A stretch of DNA of 64,000 nt from positions 5,312,001 through 5,376,000 of the forward strand of contig OY762007.1 of the NCBI GenBank assembly GCA_963665115.1, read 5' to 3'. Numbering within the stretch: the first letter of the stretch is position 1; each line of letters starts with the position of its first letter. Positions 62,578-64,000 of the stretch are shown piece after piece. Under the pieces are notes generated by a model. It saw only the letters and a list, made by a program, of their open reading frames with translations. It searched no databases and was not told the DNA's origin. This DNA is from an uncultured Rivularia sp. (lineage in GTDB: Bacteria; Cyanobacteriota; Cyanobacteriia; Cyanobacteriales; Nostocaceae). Both the position numbers and the translations under genes were made by a program.

Positions 62578-64000
62578 ATGAATCCCAATTCAGAAAATCG
62601 CAATACGCAAAAAGCGGTTGAGAATCTAAGAGCCAGTGGTAATATCACAATTGGAAATATTACCCAAAATATAAACAATTCGAGTAATCTTCCTAAACCA
62701 ATAGGTTCCCACCAAAACCTTCCCCGCAGTGGTGTAATTAAATTTGTCGGAAGAGAAGAAGTTTTAGAAACCTTACATCAGCAGTTACAAGAAAACGAAC
62801 GGGTAGCGATTTCGGCAATTACTGGTATGGGTGGTATCGGTAAAACAGAATTAGCGCTGCAATATGGCGATCGCCATTGCAAACAAGGTACATATTCTGG
62901 TGGGGTTTGTTGGTTTCGAGTACGCAATGAAGATGTCGGAATTCAAATTATTAATTTTGCCAGAGAAATCGGTTTACAACCACCAGATGATTTTGATTTA
63001 CTAAACAAGGTTAAATATTGTTGGCGAAATTGGCAAGCTGGTGATGTATTGGTAGTATTTGACGATGTGAGGGAATACGAGCAGATAAAAGACTATTTAC
63101 CTCCCAAAGAAGCACGATTTAAACTTTTAGTAACTACCAGACAGCAGTGGTTAGGACAATCATTTAAGAAAGTGATTTTAAAAGTATTAGATGAAAAATA
63201 TGCTTTAGAATTGCTTATGTCTTTTGTTGGGGAATCAAGAATTTATCAAGAAAAGGAAGAAGCGAAAAAACTTTGTGCTGATTTGGGATATTTACCTTTA
63301 GGTTTGGAATTAGTAGCAAGGTATTTACAGCGTAAACCAAATTTATCCCTGGTGGAAATGCGTCAAAGATTGGCTTTAGAACATCGTTCGCTCCAAGAAA
63401 CATCAGGGGACATGACAGCACAATTGGGAGTTAAGGCTGCTTTTGAATTAAGTTGGCGAGAATTAAATCAACATGGACAAGGATTAGGTTGTTGGTTAAG
63501 TGTTTTTGCTTTAGCTCCGATTCCTTGGGAATTAGTTGAGCGTTGTTTACCGCAAGAAGACAAGGAATATTTAGAAGATGTTAGAGATGATTTTTTAGTA
63601 AATTTCAGTTTACTGGAGGATAAAGGGGAAAATACTTATCAACTGCATCAGTTAATTCGAGAGTTTTTGATAGGTAAGCGCGAAGAGTTACCTTATGCTG
63701 AAAATATTAAACTTCGGTTTTGTGAGTTAATCGCTAAAATTGGACGGAAAATTTCTCCGATTCCTACTCAATTAGAAATTATAGAACTTACTCCAATAAT
63801 TCCTCATATTGTAGAAACTGCAACTAATTTAAAAAATTATTTAACTGATGAATATTTCATTTCTCCCTTTGCTGGCTTGAGTCGATTTTATCAAGGACAA
63901 GCAACTTATGAGCAAGCGTTACCTTGGTGCGAGCAATGTTTAGCGACTTGTAGAGAACGTTTTGGAGAAGAACATCTTTACGTTGCGACTAGTTCAAATA
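62578..64000 (+). CDS. NB-ARC-TPR NLR-like STAND protein (runs off the window; absent from the ORF track)
   Basis: Open frame from ATG 62578: FVGRE, GMGGIGKT, LVVFDDV, LVTTR, GYLPLGL, LHQLIR, then TPR start GEEHLYVATS. Confidence 0.9.
   Translation, partial: MNPNSENRNTQKAVENLRASGNITIGNITQNINNSSNLPKPIGSHQNLPRSGVIKFVGREEVLETLHQQLQENERVAISAITGMGGIGKTELALQYGDRHCKQGTYSGGVCWFRVRNEDVGIQIINFAREIGLQPPDDFDLLNKVKYCWRNWQAGDVLVVFDDVREYEQIKDYLPPKEARFKLLVTTRQQWLGQSFKKVILKVLDEKYALELLMSFVGESRIYQEKEEAKKLCADLGYLPLGLELVARYLQRKPNLSLVEMRQRLALEHRSLQETSGDMTAQLGVKAAFELSWRELNQHGQGLGCWLSVFALAPIPWELVERCLPQEDKEYLEDVRDDFLVNFSLLEDKGENTYQLHQLIREFLIGKREELPYAENIKLRFCELIAKIGRKISPIPTQLEIIELTPIIPHIVETATNLKNYLTDEYFISPFAGLSRFYQGQATYEQALPWCEQCLATCRERFGEEHLYVATSSN

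Noticed and set aside
63215..63421. 68-aa minus-strand ORF
   Set aside because: Antisense to the NB-ARC gene, which has clear motifs.
59959..64000. tRNA-integrated element or prophage
   Set aside because: No integrase, phage genes or duplicated tRNA 3' end seen within the window.

Overview
AT-rich (roughly 36% GC by eye) chromosomal segment of a filamentous cyanobacterium, probably Nostocales and possibly Rivularia/Calothrix-like. This is inferred from frequent HIP1 GCGATCGC octamers, heptameric tandem repeats and the cikA-cobN-peptidoglycan-binding-furA-sigC-gpsA gene order. Core genes (hik2-like kinase, ftsH, sdhA, GH13, cikA, cobN, fur, sigC, gpsA, lipA, tRNA-Pro) alternate with accessory material: a secreted lipase-RTX-VWD-Calx-beta protein, toxin-antitoxin modules (one intact, one doubly inactivated), a Fic gene, Uma2 nucleases, an ISL3 splitting an HTH-NB-ARC-WD40 gene, an ISAs1, a MITE and several palindromic repeat families. 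Most notable: (1) at the right end, a small HeLo/Bell-like effector with two C-terminal pseudo-repeats is followed 4 bp later by an NB-ARC-TPR NLR (missing from the ORF track) carrying one copy of the same motif at its N-terminus, a candidate prion-like amyloid signalling pair; (2) an exact 70-bp-period, doubly palindromic array in front of the Fic gene; (3) a 312-bp hairpin-array element inserted in frame in cobN; (4) four perfectly spaced ECF-type promoters upstream of two paralogous envelope genes. All protein calls come from motif recognition without database searches.
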